From Rebecca billardiae RCC1528 (taxonomy: Eukaryota; Protista; Haptophyta), in contig OZ251222.1 in NCBI GenBank assembly GCA_965240325.2, positions 4,774,001-4,838,000 of the forward strand: DNA of 64,000 bases. Reading direction: 5' to 3'. Position 1 is the stretch's first letter; each line of letters begins with the position of its first letter. Both the position numbers and the translations under genes were made by a program. The notes below the pieces were generated by a model, which did no database searches, was not told where the DNA came from, and saw nothing but the letters and a program-made list of their open reading frames with translations. This document shows positions 35,973 through 47,238 of the stretch, piece after piece.

Positions 35973-36481
35973 GGATTCCCGGTGCCTGGGCTCGCCACTG
36001 CTGAGCAGCTGCGCGTCATGCCGGACATGGCTGTCATCAGTCGTGCAGTCAATGCGAGTCATTCGCGCGTGCGCACCAGCAGGCTTCATCAGCAGCAGCG
36101 AGTTATTCAGCGCGTCGCGCCGCTGCTGAATCATCGCGTCGCGTCGTCGGTCGTGCGACGACGACGCGATAATGATATTCAGCGCGTCGCGCCGCCGGAA
36201 TCATCGCGACGCAGTCATCACTGTCAATAGTGTAGCCATCCTGTCATCCGTTCGAGTCACCGTCGCGTAATCGGCGAATCGCGTCGTCGTCGGTCTGCTG
36301 ATGTGACCCTGACGATATATATAGTAGTAATATTTATTTTTAGACGTCATTATATATATATATAGTGATTATATAAGTACTGTCTATATATACTGCTGAT
36401 AATACTAGTGCTGTCGGTCGTCAGCAAGTCAGATCACGGCGCGCGCCTGACGACGCGCGCGCGAGATTATTGCTGAAATTA

Positions 36482-37534
36482 TTATTGATCCGCCTGGCAC
36501 CGGCCGCCAGCCTCCGGACTGGACAGTAGTCTTGGACTTGATGATGGTCTTGCCGTGCCGTCATCATCGTCACGGTAAATGTAGGACGAGTCGGCGTGCG
36601 CTGCTCGCACGCGCTGGTCAGTGCCTGCCTCGACGGGCGGCCCACGGCCGCCCTGCGACGCCGCAACAGCCGCTGCCAGATGCGGCGGCACGAGCGGCAC
36701 GTCCGCCACCCTCGGCACGGGCGCGGCCGCATGCAGCGGCTCCACAAAGGGGTTGGCAGCCGTAGCAGCCGCTCGCGAGCGCACACCGGTGTCCGGTGAG
36801 GTGCCGACGCGCTGCGCCCAGTCGCATCGCGCGACGCGCACGAGGAGCTCGGCGACCACGCCGTACGCGCCCTGCCCATGCACGGGCAGCCACTCCACGT
36901 GCGGCGGCGTGCACTCGCCCAGCTCCTCCAGCCGGAGCAGCGCGCGCCCGACCACGAGCGGCCGCATCATCGCCTCGCGCACCAGCTCGATCTGCAGCGT
37001 GTGCAGCTCGTCCGCGTTGAGGGAGACGATGCGTGCGGCGTTGAACGTGCCGACGGTGGAGAACTGCAGCTTGCTCTCGAAGCGGACGAGGCGGCGCACC
37101 GCCGCGGGGTTGTCGCGCCGCCGTGCGAACACGCTCGCGACCAGCGTGATCTCCCACTCGGCCGGCCGCTGCTTGCCCGGCCAGCGCATCACCTCGACGC
37201 CAAAGTCGGTGAGCTCCCGCGGCAGCTGCTTCATCCCGTTGACGATGTTGTCCGTGCCGAGGTGCCGCCCGTCGAGCGCGCGCACCTGATCGCCCAACTT
37301 GAGGTTCACCTGCTTCTCGTTGGTCACCTCGACGATGCGATCCTCCGCGTCCAGCCCGATGCCCAGCAGCCCGCCTGGCTCGCGTTGGACCTGCACGGTG
37401 CGGATCACGGCGTGGGCGTACCCGACGTTGCGCGTGCGCACGAGCTGGATGTTCACGGTGCGCAGCGGGGGCAGATCGTCGGCCGCAGCCACTGCCGCCT
37501 CGGACCCGAGCGGCTTGACATCATCGTCCGCCAT
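36482..37534 (-). CDS. PDZ domain protein with C2-like domain
   Basis: PDZ-like GLLGIGLD...LKLGDQVRALDG. C2-like LQIELV...VVGRALLRLEEL...EWLPV. Confidence 0.6.
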   Translation of the reverse strand: MADDDVKPLGSEAAVAAADDLPPLRTVNIQLVRTRNVGYAHAVIRTVQVQREPGGLLGIGLDAEDRIVEVTNEKQVNLKLGDQVRALDGRHLGTDNIVNGMKQLPRELTDFGVEVMRWPGKQRPAEWEITLVASVFARRRDNPAAVRRLVRFESKLQFSTVGTFNAARIVSLNADELHTLQIELVREAMMRPLVVGRALLRLEELGECTPPHVEWLPVHGQGAYGVVAELLVRVARCDWAQRVGTSPDTGVRSRAAATAANPFVEPLHAAAPVPRVADVPLVPPHLAAAVAASQGGRGPPVEAGTDQRVRAAHADSSYIYRDDDDGTARPSSSPRLLSSPEAGGRCQADQ

Positions 37535-37654
37535 CGCTGCTCAGGAGGGAGCCGGGACGAGCGCATGATGAGCCGCTGTGAAGAATGATGGCCGCCAGAT
37601 CGGCGTGAGGAAGCAACTTTGGACGGCAGTCCCTCGGCAGCGCGCGTGATCAAC

Positions 37655-38305
37655 ATGTCCGCCGGCGCGATCCGTGCGGCGCCATATTCGCTCAAGCCGA
37701 ACAACGAGAAGATCGTATGTCCCGTGCTGCGCGCCATGTACAACAACGGCGACATCGTGCCCGACGAGCGCGGCAACGTGACGCAGGCGCAGCTCATCGA
37801 GGCAGCGCGAAAGCTTGGCATGCCCGACTCGATCGCGAAGGACACCGGCGGCTTCAAGCTCCCAAACGGGGTGAATATATTCGGGATGAACACGAAGAAC
37901 TCTCACTTCACGGGTGCCGACCGGCCATACCACCACAAGACCTCGTCGGGCATTCTGAATCTCGGCGTCGACACGGTGGGCAGCGGCGCCGTGCAGGCCA
38001 AGTTTGACGAGCTGTGGTCGTACAACAGCAACGGCAGGATCAAGGCGAAGGAGCTCCACAAGTACGTCGCCGCGTGCAAAGCCGGGAAGGCGGGGATCAT
38101 CCTCGGTGGCGACAAGAAGGTGCCCGATCTGCAGCAGCCCAATGCCGGGCTGACCCTTGCGACGTTCGCGCGTGACGAGGGCTACACGCGCGAGGACCTG
38201 CACGCACTTTTCGTGCAGGGCAACTACCCCGAGTGGTTCCAAGGAGCCAAGGTCAGCCTGGCGAGGATCCTCGCCAAGATCGTCGCGGTGAAGTTTGGAT
38301 TCTGA
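37655..38305 (+). CDS. Putative heme-thiolate peroxidase-like (Peroxidase_2-related) protein
   Basis: N-terminal CPVLRAMYNNG resembles the PCPxLNxxANHG heme-ligand motif. HHKTSSGI is a possible distal motif. Confidence 0.45.
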   Translation: MSAGAIRAAPYSLKPNNEKIVCPVLRAMYNNGDIVPDERGNVTQAQLIEAARKLGMPDSIAKDTGGFKLPNGVNIFGMNTKNSHFTGADRPYHHKTSSGILNLGVDTVGSGAVQAKFDELWSYNSNGRIKAKELHKYVAACKAGKAGIILGGDKKVPDLQQPNAGLTLATFARDEGYTREDLHALFVQGNYPEWFQGAKVSLARILAKIVAVKFGF

Positions 38306-39602
38306 TGATGACGCCCTACTTCGATGGGCCACGCCCATCACCGCCGCGCCGCGCCGCCGGGCCAGCGCCGAGCGCGCCGGGCCCGCGCCGCGGGTCCGGA
38401 AGAGGCGGGAGACTGAGTCTGAGTTCCGACTCATCATTGAGTGATGGCTCGTCGCTCAGTGACAGAGTCGTCATGCACAGACGCCACTGGCGGGCAGCGA
38501 GTGGCGGCGCCGACGGCCCGGGGAGACGGCCGGACCGGCGCCCGCCGCCGGTCGGCCGGTCCGACGCCGCGGACTGACGCCGCCGCGCGAGCCGCTGTCG
38601 GGCCTGTCGCTGAGCGCCTGGCCGGCTGGCCGACTCACAGTCACACTATACGACGCCTCTTCACAGTAGTCGTCACTCGTCAGTAGACGACTCGTCATCA
38701 GTGACAGTAGTCACAAGCTGCCACTGGCTGGCCGAGCACTCCTGAACCGCGGCCAACCGCGGGGCGTCGCCGAGTACACTGTCACTGTCGTTCGACTCTC
38801 GGTCTCGGAGTGACGACGGAGTCGGAATATCGTGATCATCCTGGGCGGAGTATAGTGTCATCATCAGGAGTCACTCGACTCATAGTCGAAGTTCTTATTT
38901 GATGATCATCACGACATCACCGTCACGCGACGACCGGGCACGCGACGACCGTCTCACCGACCAGGCGAGTTAAGCATCAGTACCGCTGTACGTGACGACC
39001 GGCGCGTGTCCGACCGGCGTTGGGCCGTAGTTGTTAACCGAACCACCGGTCGTCGTTGACGTTAGACGCGGAGTTACGGTGCCCTCGCCAGACGAATGAC
39101 CTCGCCAGTCGCCTGATGCATGCGGCCCGTCAGTCCCGGGGCGTTCGGGCCGTTATAGTACACTCGCGCCGGGAACTGGCGGGAACCGCCAGTCCGCCGA
39201 GTCGATCCGCGTGGCGGACTCAGCGTGATTCTGATTATTAGGCGTGAGTAGTTTATCAGTCGTCGTAGTCGAGTTACGACTAAATACGACGAGTAGCTTA
39301 GTCGTAGGCGTAGCGGTAGCCGAGAACTCGAGAAGTCACACTCGTAGACCCGTGTGACACTCTACAGCCGGCCTGAAGGATATTCCGTTAAGGAGTGCCG
39401 ACATCGCCTGATACCTCAGCAAGCACGTAATTGAATAAACTACATGCAACACAGCCCGCTACGCCACACGCGCCGCCGCGCCCGCCATCCGGGCGAGCAC
39501 GGAATAATCTCGTTGTGCGTGAGATGGCCCACGTTGGGCGCGACGGGCAGCCATCGCTCGCAGAGTCGGCTTCGCCCGCGGGCCGCGCCGCGCGCTCGCG
39601 CC

Positions 39603-41675
39603 TCACTGGCGCGCGCGCAGCTTGAGCTCGACGGCGAGCGGCAAGTGGTCGGACGGGTACTGCGCGGAAGGCAGCGCCGTGTCCTTGGACGCCTCCGCCT
39701 CGTCGACGTGCTCGAGCAGCGCGGCGAGCTCGAGCTGGTCCTGCGAGTACCACACGTAGTCGAGCGTGCCCACAAAGTGGCCCGTGTAGTTGGAGAAGGG
39801 CAGCTCCATCTGCGCGCCCGGCTGGCCGTTCGAGTCGAGGTGCTGCGCGGTGGCGTTCCGGTGCGCGCCGAGCGTGGTGTGCGCCTGCGAGGGCAGGGGG
39901 GGGGGGGTGCGTGCGCGAGGTGCGTGAGCGCAGGGGGCAGCAGCGCGCGGGGCGTGTGTGCGCGCGTGTGCGCGCGCGTGTGCGCGCACCGACTTGAGCA
40001 GCATGTGGTGCTCGAGCGGGAGGGACGCGAGCACGCCCGCCGGGTCGTCCTCCGTCAGGCTCTCCCGCGCGATGTAGCCGTGCTGCATCAGCGTGTACGG
40101 CGACGAGCCGGGCGTCGAGTTGAAGTCGCCCGCGATCACGACGGGGACGGCATGGCTCATGCCCGCGCCCGTGAACTCAGAGATGATCCGCTCGATCTGG
40201 GCCGGACCAAGGGGGGAAGGGGGTGGGCGGGCGCGCGGCGCGCGGAGGGGGGGGGCGGGCGCGGCGTGAGCATCGGCGCCCGCGCCGCGCGTGCGCGCGC
40301 TCGGCCCGCGCCGCACCTCGATCAGCAGGTACTGCGTCTGCCACAGCTTGACGTCGGAGAACTCGGTGTTGGCGTTGATGTGCGTGTTGGCCACGCACAC
40401 GTGCGTCGCAGAGCCGTTCAGCCCGGCGCCGACGACGGAGAAGATGCCGACCTGCGCGACGTTGTCCTTGAGCAGGCGGTTGAGGATGCGCTTCTTGTCC
40501 GACGCGTGCGCCGCGTACTTGCCCACCGCGATCGTGTTGAACTCGACCGCGTGCAGCTGCCCCTCGACCGGCACGAGCTTGTCGCGCCTGTAGAAGAGCG
40601 CGCACCCGTCCATCTTGCCGTACTGCCCCATGAACTCGCGCGTCTTGCGCTTGTACACGCCCGAGTAGCCGAGCTTGTCCATCTGCGGCTCGAACCACTG
40701 CTCGTAGTGGTCCGCCTGCACCTCCTGCAGGCAGAACACGTCCGCGCCCAGCTGCTGCATGTCGCGCATCAGGTTGCGCCGCCGGTACGGCCACGCGAGC
40801 GCCCACGCGGGGCAGTACGGGTACGTGTCCGAGAGCGCGTACAGGTCGGCGAGGACGTTGTACGTGCAGACGGTGAGCCCCAGCCCGCCGTCGGCGCCGG
40901 AGCGCATGCTGCCGCTCGCCTTGTCGTACCCCACCACCTCGTCGTTGCGCACCACCAGTCTCCGCCGCGCGGGCGGCGGCGCGGGCTGCGCGATCACGAG
41001 GTTGGTGTCGACCGACTTGGACGGCCCGCGCCGGCCCGACTCGCTGACGGGCGTGCAGACGAGGCGGAGGGTGCGGCCGACGTCGTCGGCGCTCGGCGTG
41101 TACGTGAGCGACTGCGACACCTCCATCCACTTGTGCGCCAGGTGCTCGTCGCCCTGCTGCCCCGGGCCGTACGTCGTGTCGACGCCGTCCTCCGCCGCCT
41201 GCTGCAGCAGCCCGGCGTTGCGGTCCTCGCGCGGCGCGAAGCGCGAGGGCCAGCCGAGCTTGAAGCACTCGGCGGAGCAGTAGTAGCGCCCGCTCGCGAT
41301 GCACTGCATGCACACCGGCGACTTGCTGCACGAGCTGCACGACAGGTGGAACACGCACCGCTTCCACGAGTAGTGCACCGACTCGTCCGTCGGGTTGTGC
41401 GCGCCGTTCGAGAGGTACACCACCGGCGTGAGGTCGCAGCCCTGGACGGGCTGCTCCTGCAGGAGCCTCAGGCGTACCACCTGCGCGCGCGGCGCCCCGC
41501 GCACGCGCGTGCACGCCGCACGTGCCTCGTGAGCGCGCCGTCGCGACGGGCGAGGCGGCTGGGAGCCGCGCGCGCGCGCCGCGCGCCGCCACCCGTGCAG
41601 GCGGCGGGTGGGGCGCTCGGCAGCGGCTCGACAGCGCGGCGGACGCACCTCTGGTAGCTGGTCATTTCCCTGCAT
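39603..41675 (-). CDS. CCR4: CCR4-type deadenylase (EEP family) with N-terminal zinc finger (introns 41481-41648, 40197-40316, 39885-39989)
   Basis: YNVLAD, YCPAWALAWPYRR, CLQEVQ, DGCALF, NTHI, SDVKLWQ, GDFNSTPGS, TLDY and PSDH motifs. Confidence 0.92.
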   Translation of the reverse strand: MQGNDQLPEVRPPRCRAAAERPTRRLHGWRRAARARGSQPPRPSRRRAHEARAACTRVRGAPRAQVVRLRLLQEQPVQGCDLTPVVYLSNGAHNPTDESVHYSWKRCVFHLSCSSCSKSPVCMQCIASGRYYCSAECFKLGWPSRFAPREDRNAGLLQQAAEDGVDTTYGPGQQGDEHLAHKWMEVSQSLTYTPSADDVGRTLRLVCTPVSESGRRGPSKSVDTNLVIAQPAPPPARRRLVVRNDEVVGYDKASGSMRSGADGGLGLTVCTYNVLADLYALSDTYPYCPAWALAWPYRRRNLMRDMQQLGADVFCLQEVQADHYEQWFEPQMDKLGYSGVYKRKTREFMGQYGKMDGCALFYRRDKLVPVEGQLHAVEFNTIAVGKYAAHASDKKRILNRLLKDNVAQVGIFSVVGAGLNGSATHVCVANTHINANTEFSDVKLWQTQYLLIEVRRGPSARTRGAGADAHAAPAPPLRAPRARPPPSPLGPAQIERIISEFTGAGMSHAVPVVIAGDFNSTPGSSPYTLMQHGYIARESLTEDDPAGVLASLPLEHHMLLKSVRAHARAHARTHAPRAAAPCAHAPRARTPPPLPSQAHTTLGAHRNATAQHLDSNGQPGAQMELPFSNYTGHFVGTLDYVWYSQDQLELAALLEHVDEAEASKDTALPSAQYPSDHLPLAVELKLRARQ

Positions 41676-42281
41676 GCACGTGCGTCGCCGCTCGAGGGCG
41701 CGTCAGAGCGCGCCGCCGCGTCGGTGGCCCCGCTAGGGCGACACCCAACCCTCGCCTGCCGCCTGGGCTCGCCACCCTGCCGCGACTCGAGCTTTGGCGG
41801 CAAGGTCAATAAAGGTCCGGACGAATCCGGGCGGCCGACGCCGCTTGCGCTCTGCCGCTCGCGAACAAGGTCCAGACGGCGCACCGCCCCCGGCCCACGC
41901 GCGACGCCGACGACCTCGGGCTCGGCAAGCACGTCAGGCGGGCGGAGCGGCGACTCATAATCGGTCTGCGCGTCGACACCTTGACATCTTCATACCTCCG
42001 TGACCGGTTACGTTACTGCTTGTCATCAGCGGGGCCGGCCCCGGCATGCACGGTGGCCTCACGACCACGCGGGCCAGCGCGACACTGGCCGCCCCCGGCG
42101 GCGATGTCCGACTGGCGACTGGCAGCGCCGCCGCCCGGCCCGGTGCACCAAGCGCGGTTCAGCCGGTCGGAGCGAGAGCCCTCCGACCGCACCGCGCAGC
42201 TTAGGGCGGAAGACACGCTGAGGGAGATGCCCGCGGACGCAAGGCCACCTTCTGCTAGTCCAGCCGGGGCACGCGCTCGGC

Positions 42282-43500
42282 CTACGAACCCTGCTCCGGG
42301 GTCTTCTCCGCCGGCGATTCCGCCACGATCTCCGGCGCAGGCTCCTCCTCCGGCGTGGCTGGCGCCGCGGCCGCCGCACCCGCCGGCGAGGGCGGCGCCG
42401 GCGGCGCCGGGCTGGGCGGTGGCGAGGGCGGCGGTGGCGCAGGACTGGGCGAGGGCGGCGGGTTGGGCGGCGGCGACGGCTTGGCCATCAGCTCCCCCGC
42501 CGCCTCCTTCACCGCCCCCACCGAGCCCAGCGTCGCCTGCAGCGCGCCCGCCGCCTCCTCCAGCGCGTGCGCCACCACCTTGAGCTGCGCGTGCAGCACG
42601 CCCGCGTCCACCTCCGAGAGATCGAGCAGGTGGATCGAGTCGACCTCGGCCTTGGCGGCGGAGAGCGAGGCGGAGAGAGAGCGCAGGGAGAGGGTCTCCT
42701 CGCTCAGCCCGGCGTAGTGGCAGCACTGGTCCGGCGCGCCCTCCGCCAGCCCGCCAACCTGCAGCGAGCCCGCCGCGCACGCGCCCGGCTCGCCGCCGTC
42801 CGCGGCCGCGGGCGCGGGCTCGCACGTGAACCCTCCGGGCGAGCAGCACCGCCCGCCGGTCACGTTCGCGTCGGGCCATGCGATCCACGCGGCCGGCCCG
42901 GGGCAGCCCGCGCCGTCGTCCGCCGTTTCGAAGCAGGGCCCGGCGGGCAGCACCACGCGCTCCGGCCCCATCGAGCCGCCCGTGTAGGGCGCGCTCTTGG
43001 GCGGGTGCGTGTGCGCCGAGCACTCGGCCAGCGCCAGTGTGGTCGCAGCGATCACGGCGGCTGCCGCAAACGCGCCGATGCACGCGATCACGAGGACGCT
43101 CTGCGGCGCGCCCGGCGCGAGAGGGCACGGCGCGTCAGCGAGCGCCGCAGGCGTCCGCGCGGGCCGGGCGCTCGCCCCGCTGCCGCGCGGCGCGCACCCC
43201 AATAATCAGAGTCGTGCTCGGCCGCCCTCCTCCGCGGCCGGCCCCACCACCCGCACCGGAGGGCGGCGGCGCGACGACAACGCCGCCGGCTGCACCGTCA
43301 TCAGCCTGCGCGGCCTTCCTGAACCGTCGCATGTAGTCGCCAGACGGCAGGCCGTACCGCGGCGACTCGAGGTCACTCGGCACAAACGACGCGTGCTCGA
43401 CCATCGGCCGGAGGATGTCGGCGGAGGGCGTGTGCGCGCCGCGGGAGCCGGCCGCGCGCTTCACCTCGGCGGCCGTTTCACTCGGCAGGGAGGTCATCAT
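42282..43500 (-). CDS. Single-pass membrane protein with Cys-rich module, coiled coil and short SP-rich tail (intron ~43101-43197)
   Basis: Splicing gives the TM segment TTLIIGSVLVIACIGAFAAAAVI. Cys-rich CPGP...CCSPGGFTC...CC follows. Confidence 0.55.
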
Positions 43501-43745
43501 CGCGTGCCGTGCTCGCGGGGCCACGCCCGATTCGCCCGCCCGCCGACGAGAATGAGCCCCTGCACGCGAAAGGTGGGCACCGCCTTGCAAATCCCCCAGC
43601 GGCGCTGCTTGAACCCGGCGCTACCGCAAGCCGGGCGTGAGAGGACTGAGAGCGCACCCCGGTCCGGGCGCGCGCCCGCGGCGCGCGCCGCGCGGTGCCG
43701 CCGCGGGCCGGGCCGGTCCGGATGCCTCCCAAAGCCACAGTAAGC

Positions 43746-44528
43746 ATGGCGGACCCAGTCACCCGCGTGCTGACGGCCAAGCACTACTTCGACGTGCTCG
43801 AGCTGCCCGCGCCGACGTGGGACGCACTTGGGAGAGCGTCGTGGGCGCACCACGACCGAGTCGGCGCGGCCTTCCGCCGGCTGTCTTTCGCGCTGCACCC
43901 GGATCGCACCACGCACGCCGATGCGCCGCGCGCGTTCCAGATCCTGCTGCGCGCGCGCAAGACGCTCGACGATCCGAGCGAGCGCGAGGTGTACGTGAAG
44001 CGCTTCGTCGAGGACCAGCTCGTGCGCCCCGAGAACTCGACGTGGGTGGCCGACAAGTCCGCCACCGAGCGCCTCTCCGCGCAGCTCCAGCGCGACCAGC
44101 AGGTGAAGGAGCTGAGGCGCGAGGACGCGCGTGCCCACCAGGACCTCATCCTCGAGCAGGCGCGCCAGCGCCGCCTGCACGCCGAGTCCAAGCGCAAGCT
44201 CGCGCTTGGACGCGACGTGGCCGCCGGTGACGCTGGGCACAAGCGCGCGCGAGCCGGGGCGGGTGGCAGCAGCGCGGACGCAAGCAGGCGGCAGGCGGCA
44301 GGCGGCGCAGGCGCGCGCGAGCGCACGCGCGCACGTGTGGCGGAGGACAACAGCGAGGGCGAGAGCGAGAGCGACGGCGAGGCACCGGCCGATGGCCGTC
44401 GGGCTGCCGTGGGCAGGCGTCCGCCCGTCGGCGCACTGGGCGCCGGGAGTCGCAAGCCGGGCGGCGGCGGGCTTCTCGGCGGCACTGCGGCGGCGCGGAA
44501 GGCTGGCCCACGCCGAGCGTTCATGTGA
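43746..44528 (+). CDS. DnaJ-domain protein
   Basis: HYFDVL...AFRRLSFALHPDR...AFQIL with an intact HPD. Confidence 0.85.
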   Translation: MADPVTRVLTAKHYFDVLELPAPTWDALGRASWAHHDRVGAAFRRLSFALHPDRTTHADAPRAFQILLRARKTLDDPSEREVYVKRFVEDQLVRPENSTWVADKSATERLSAQLQRDQQVKELRREDARAHQDLILEQARQRRLHAESKRKLALGRDVAAGDAGHKRARAGAGGSSADASRRQAAGGAGARERTRARVAEDNSEGESESDGEAPADGRRAAVGRRPPVGALGAGSRKPGGGGLLGGTAAARKAGPRRAFM

Positions 44529-45167
44529 ATGAGGATGTGGGGGGCGGGCATTGGCGGTGAGTACACGTGACTGCACACTTACCCACGCCGTCATCGGACG
44601 TGGCTCAGCGGCGGCACCAGCCTGCAACGACTCGATATGGCCCTGCGAAGATCGTGTATCTGCGTGCGCAGGGTCGGCGTCACACATTGGCCTGGCTGCT
44701 GGCGGAGACTGCTGCGCCCAAGTTTGTGGCCGTGCCCGGTTGCGGGTTGGGCGTTGGCGTTGCGGGAGTCGCGGCCGGCCCGCCCCGCGCCCGGCCGGCC
44801 CGTACGCGTGCCGATGTGCCCGATTGGACCCGTTGCACGGGTGAGTGACCGTATACGGGGCGGCGGCGGCGGTGACTAAATGCGCGACGTACCGGACGCA
44901 CAGCCATCAGGGAGCCCTGTCAGTGAACTCGTGAGTCCCGGAGTTCAATCACTCCCCGGGTACTTGCGTCGCGTCTATAGCAGAATCATCATCGTCATCA
45001 GCACCGCCAGTCACTCGTCCGCGACTCCGGCTCAATGTTATGACCGTTGGCACCACACACGTTCCGACTCAGCCCCGGCGGCGGCCCGACTCGCTACTCA
45101 GGCTGCTGCCCGAGACTTTTAACTTCGGTACTTACTTCACGTAACCGCTAGGCCGCTCGGCCTCGGG

Positions 45168-45530
45168 TCATCCTCGAACTTTCACCTTCCCGCCTATGAT
45201 CTTCCTGGCGGGACGGCCGTGGATGGTCGCTTCTCGGCAGAACTGCGAGCCACAGCCCGGGCAGCCGAGCTCCCCGTCGGTGTAGTCCTCCACGATCCGC
45301 TCGAGATACACCTTGACGAGCGCGCTCGACGCTCCGTTGCCCTTAGCGTAGCGGTACAGCTTGGCGCCGCACTTGGCGCACGAGACGTCGACGCGCCGGT
45401 CGGGCAGACGTTTCCGCGGAGCAGCGAGCATGCGGATCTGACCACGTGCGAGGATCGGCGCGCGAGGGGGTGCGAGGGGGAGCAGTGCTGCCATGTGAAT
45501 GAGTGCAGGTGCCATCGCGAGCGCCGCCAT
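45168..45530 (-). CDS. Small Zn-ribbon protein, probably organelle-targeted
   Basis: Two CxxC pairs (CAKC, CPGC) with LYRYAKG and IHGRPARKIIGGK, plus an Ala/Arg-rich N-terminal leader. Confidence 0.7.
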   Translation of the reverse strand: MAALAMAPALIHMAALLPLAPPRAPILARGQIRMLAAPRKRLPDRRVDVSCAKCGAKLYRYAKGNGASSALVKVYLERIVEDYTDGELGCPGCGSQFCREATIHGRPARKIIGGKVKVRG

Positions 45531-45597
45531 CGTGGGTGACGACGCCCACAGCAGGCCATCATCGGCGACCGTTAGATTTTCAAAGAAGCGCGAAGCA

Positions 45598-47238
45598 ATG
45601 GCGCGACGAAGCCCGGCGGCGGCGCACACGGCCGCGCCGGATGGCAGCCCGAACACGGTGTTCGACGAGCGGTCGCGGCCGCCTTTCCACGTGCTCATCC
45701 ACGGCTTTGGCAAGGATGTCACCGAGGTGGTCATCCGCGAGGCGATTGCCGGCACCGACGCGCGCCCTGCCGCGGCGCACGTGCGCGCGCAGCCCTCGGG
45801 CACGCTGTGCGCGGTCGTGACGTTTGCGAGCGTGGCGGGCGCGCGCACGTGCCTGAGGCTGTGGGACGGCGTGCGCTTCCACAGCTCGAAAGACGACACC
45901 CCGCTGCGCGCGCACAACGCGGCGCAGCAGCTCTTCGCCGCCGCGCTGCAGGGCCAGCGCCGCGGCGTCGAGCTGCTCCTGTCGTGCGGCGTGAGCGCTG
46001 ACGCGTACGCGGACGAGTACGGCTGCACGCCGCTGCACGTGGCGTGCCGGTACGGCAACCCGCGGCTCGTCGCGTCGCTTCTCGATGCGCGCGCGGACGT
46101 GGACGCGCCCAACCGCTTCGGCCGCACGCCCCTCGCCGAGGCGACGCGCGCGGGCCACGCGCCGGTCGCCGAGCTGCTGCTTGGCCGCGGCGCGGCACCG
46201 GCTGCCCTCGACCGCTGGGGGCGGCACGCGGCGCTGGGCGGCGTGGTCGTGCCCGAGGCGGGGCACGGCGAGTGGCGCTCCGACGCGGAGCGCCGCATCG
46301 CGCAGATGCTGCTCGACGAGGACGAGCCCACCGCCGCGAGCAAGCGAGAGGCGGTGCGTGCCGCACGGCACGCGCGCGCGCAGCTCGACGCGGCCGCTGC
46401 GCAGGAGGCGGGCGCGGCGCGCGAGGCGGCCGCGGCGGCGCGGGCGAAGAGGCTCGCGACGGAGGTGCGGGCGCGGGCCGAGGAGGTGCGCGTACGCCGG
46501 GCGGCCGACCCCACCGTGTACGAGCGCTTCGACCCCACCGCGGCCGAGCGCGAGCGCGCCGAGCACGCGCGGCGCGCCGCCGCCTCGCGCGCCGCCGCTG
46601 CGCAGCGCGAGAGGCTGGCGGCCGCGCGTGCGCCGGGCGCCGAGGCGCTGCAGCGGGCGCGGCGCGAGGAGGGGCGCGCGGAGACGATCGAGCGCGAGAT
46701 GTGGGCCGAGGCGGCGCGCGCGGTCAACCCGGAGATCACGCGGGGCGACTTCCTCCGCTCCGCCGCCCCGCAGCCCGCGCGCGGAGCCGCTCCGGCGGAC
46801 GGCGCGTCGCACTCGCAGCGGGCGCGGCGGGCGGAGGCGGAGCGCGCGGCCGCGGGGCTGCCCGTCGGCAGGGCGGCAGGCGCGTGGAGGCCTTCGAGCG
46901 GCGGGCTCCCCTCCGAGGCGGCCCTCAGGGCGGCCGGAGCCGGTGCGAGCGACCCGACCGCGGCGCGCCTTCGCGAGCTGGGGGGCGCCCGCGGCGCCGC
47001 GCGCGCCGGCGCTCTGAGCGCCGCGGCCGCGTGCCGCGCGCAGAGCGCGCGCGAGGCGGAGCTCGTGCTACGGTACGACAACCCGGTGGTCGGCGCGAGG
47101 GAGGCGCGGACTGGCGACGGCATCGGCGTGACGAACGAGCTCGTGTGGTGTGAGCGCGACGGCTGGGTCGCGCGCGGCGTGCCGCGCGTCAATCGCGCGG
47201 CGTACCTCGTGCGCGGCACAGCCAGGGCGAGCGCTTGA
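45598..47238 (+). CDS. Ankyrin-repeat protein with possible N-terminal RRM-like domain
   Basis: GCTPLHVACRYGN...GRTPLAEATRAGH ankyrin repeats and a C-terminal coiled coil. Confidence 0.8.
   Translation: MARRSPAAAHTAAPDGSPNTVFDERSRPPFHVLIHGFGKDVTEVVIREAIAGTDARPAAAHVRAQPSGTLCAVVTFASVAGARTCLRLWDGVRFHSSKDDTPLRAHNAAQQLFAAALQGQRRGVELLLSCGVSADAYADEYGCTPLHVACRYGNPRLVASLLDARADVDAPNRFGRTPLAEATRAGHAPVAELLLGRGAAPAALDRWGRHAALGGVVVPEAGHGEWRSDAERRIAQMLLDEDEPTAASKREAVRAARHARAQLDAAAAQEAGAAREAAAAARAKRLATEVRARAEEVRVRRAADPTVYERFDPTAAERERAEHARRAAASRAAAAQRERLAAARAPGAEALQRARREEGRAETIEREMWAEAARAVNPEITRGDFLRSAAPQPARGAAPADGASHSQRARRAEAERAAAGLPVGRAAGAWRPSSGGLPSEAALRAAGAGASDPTAARLRELGGARGAARAGALSAAAACRAQSAREAELVLRYDNPVVGAREARTGDGIGVTNELVWCERDGWVARGVPRVNRAAYLVRGTARASA

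Noticed and set aside
38400-39400. Possible element or ncRNA in the long intergenic region (weak hairpin ~39126-39182)
   Set aside because: No clear TIR, TSD or family motif; it matches the GTC/GAC-rich intergenic style seen elsewhere.
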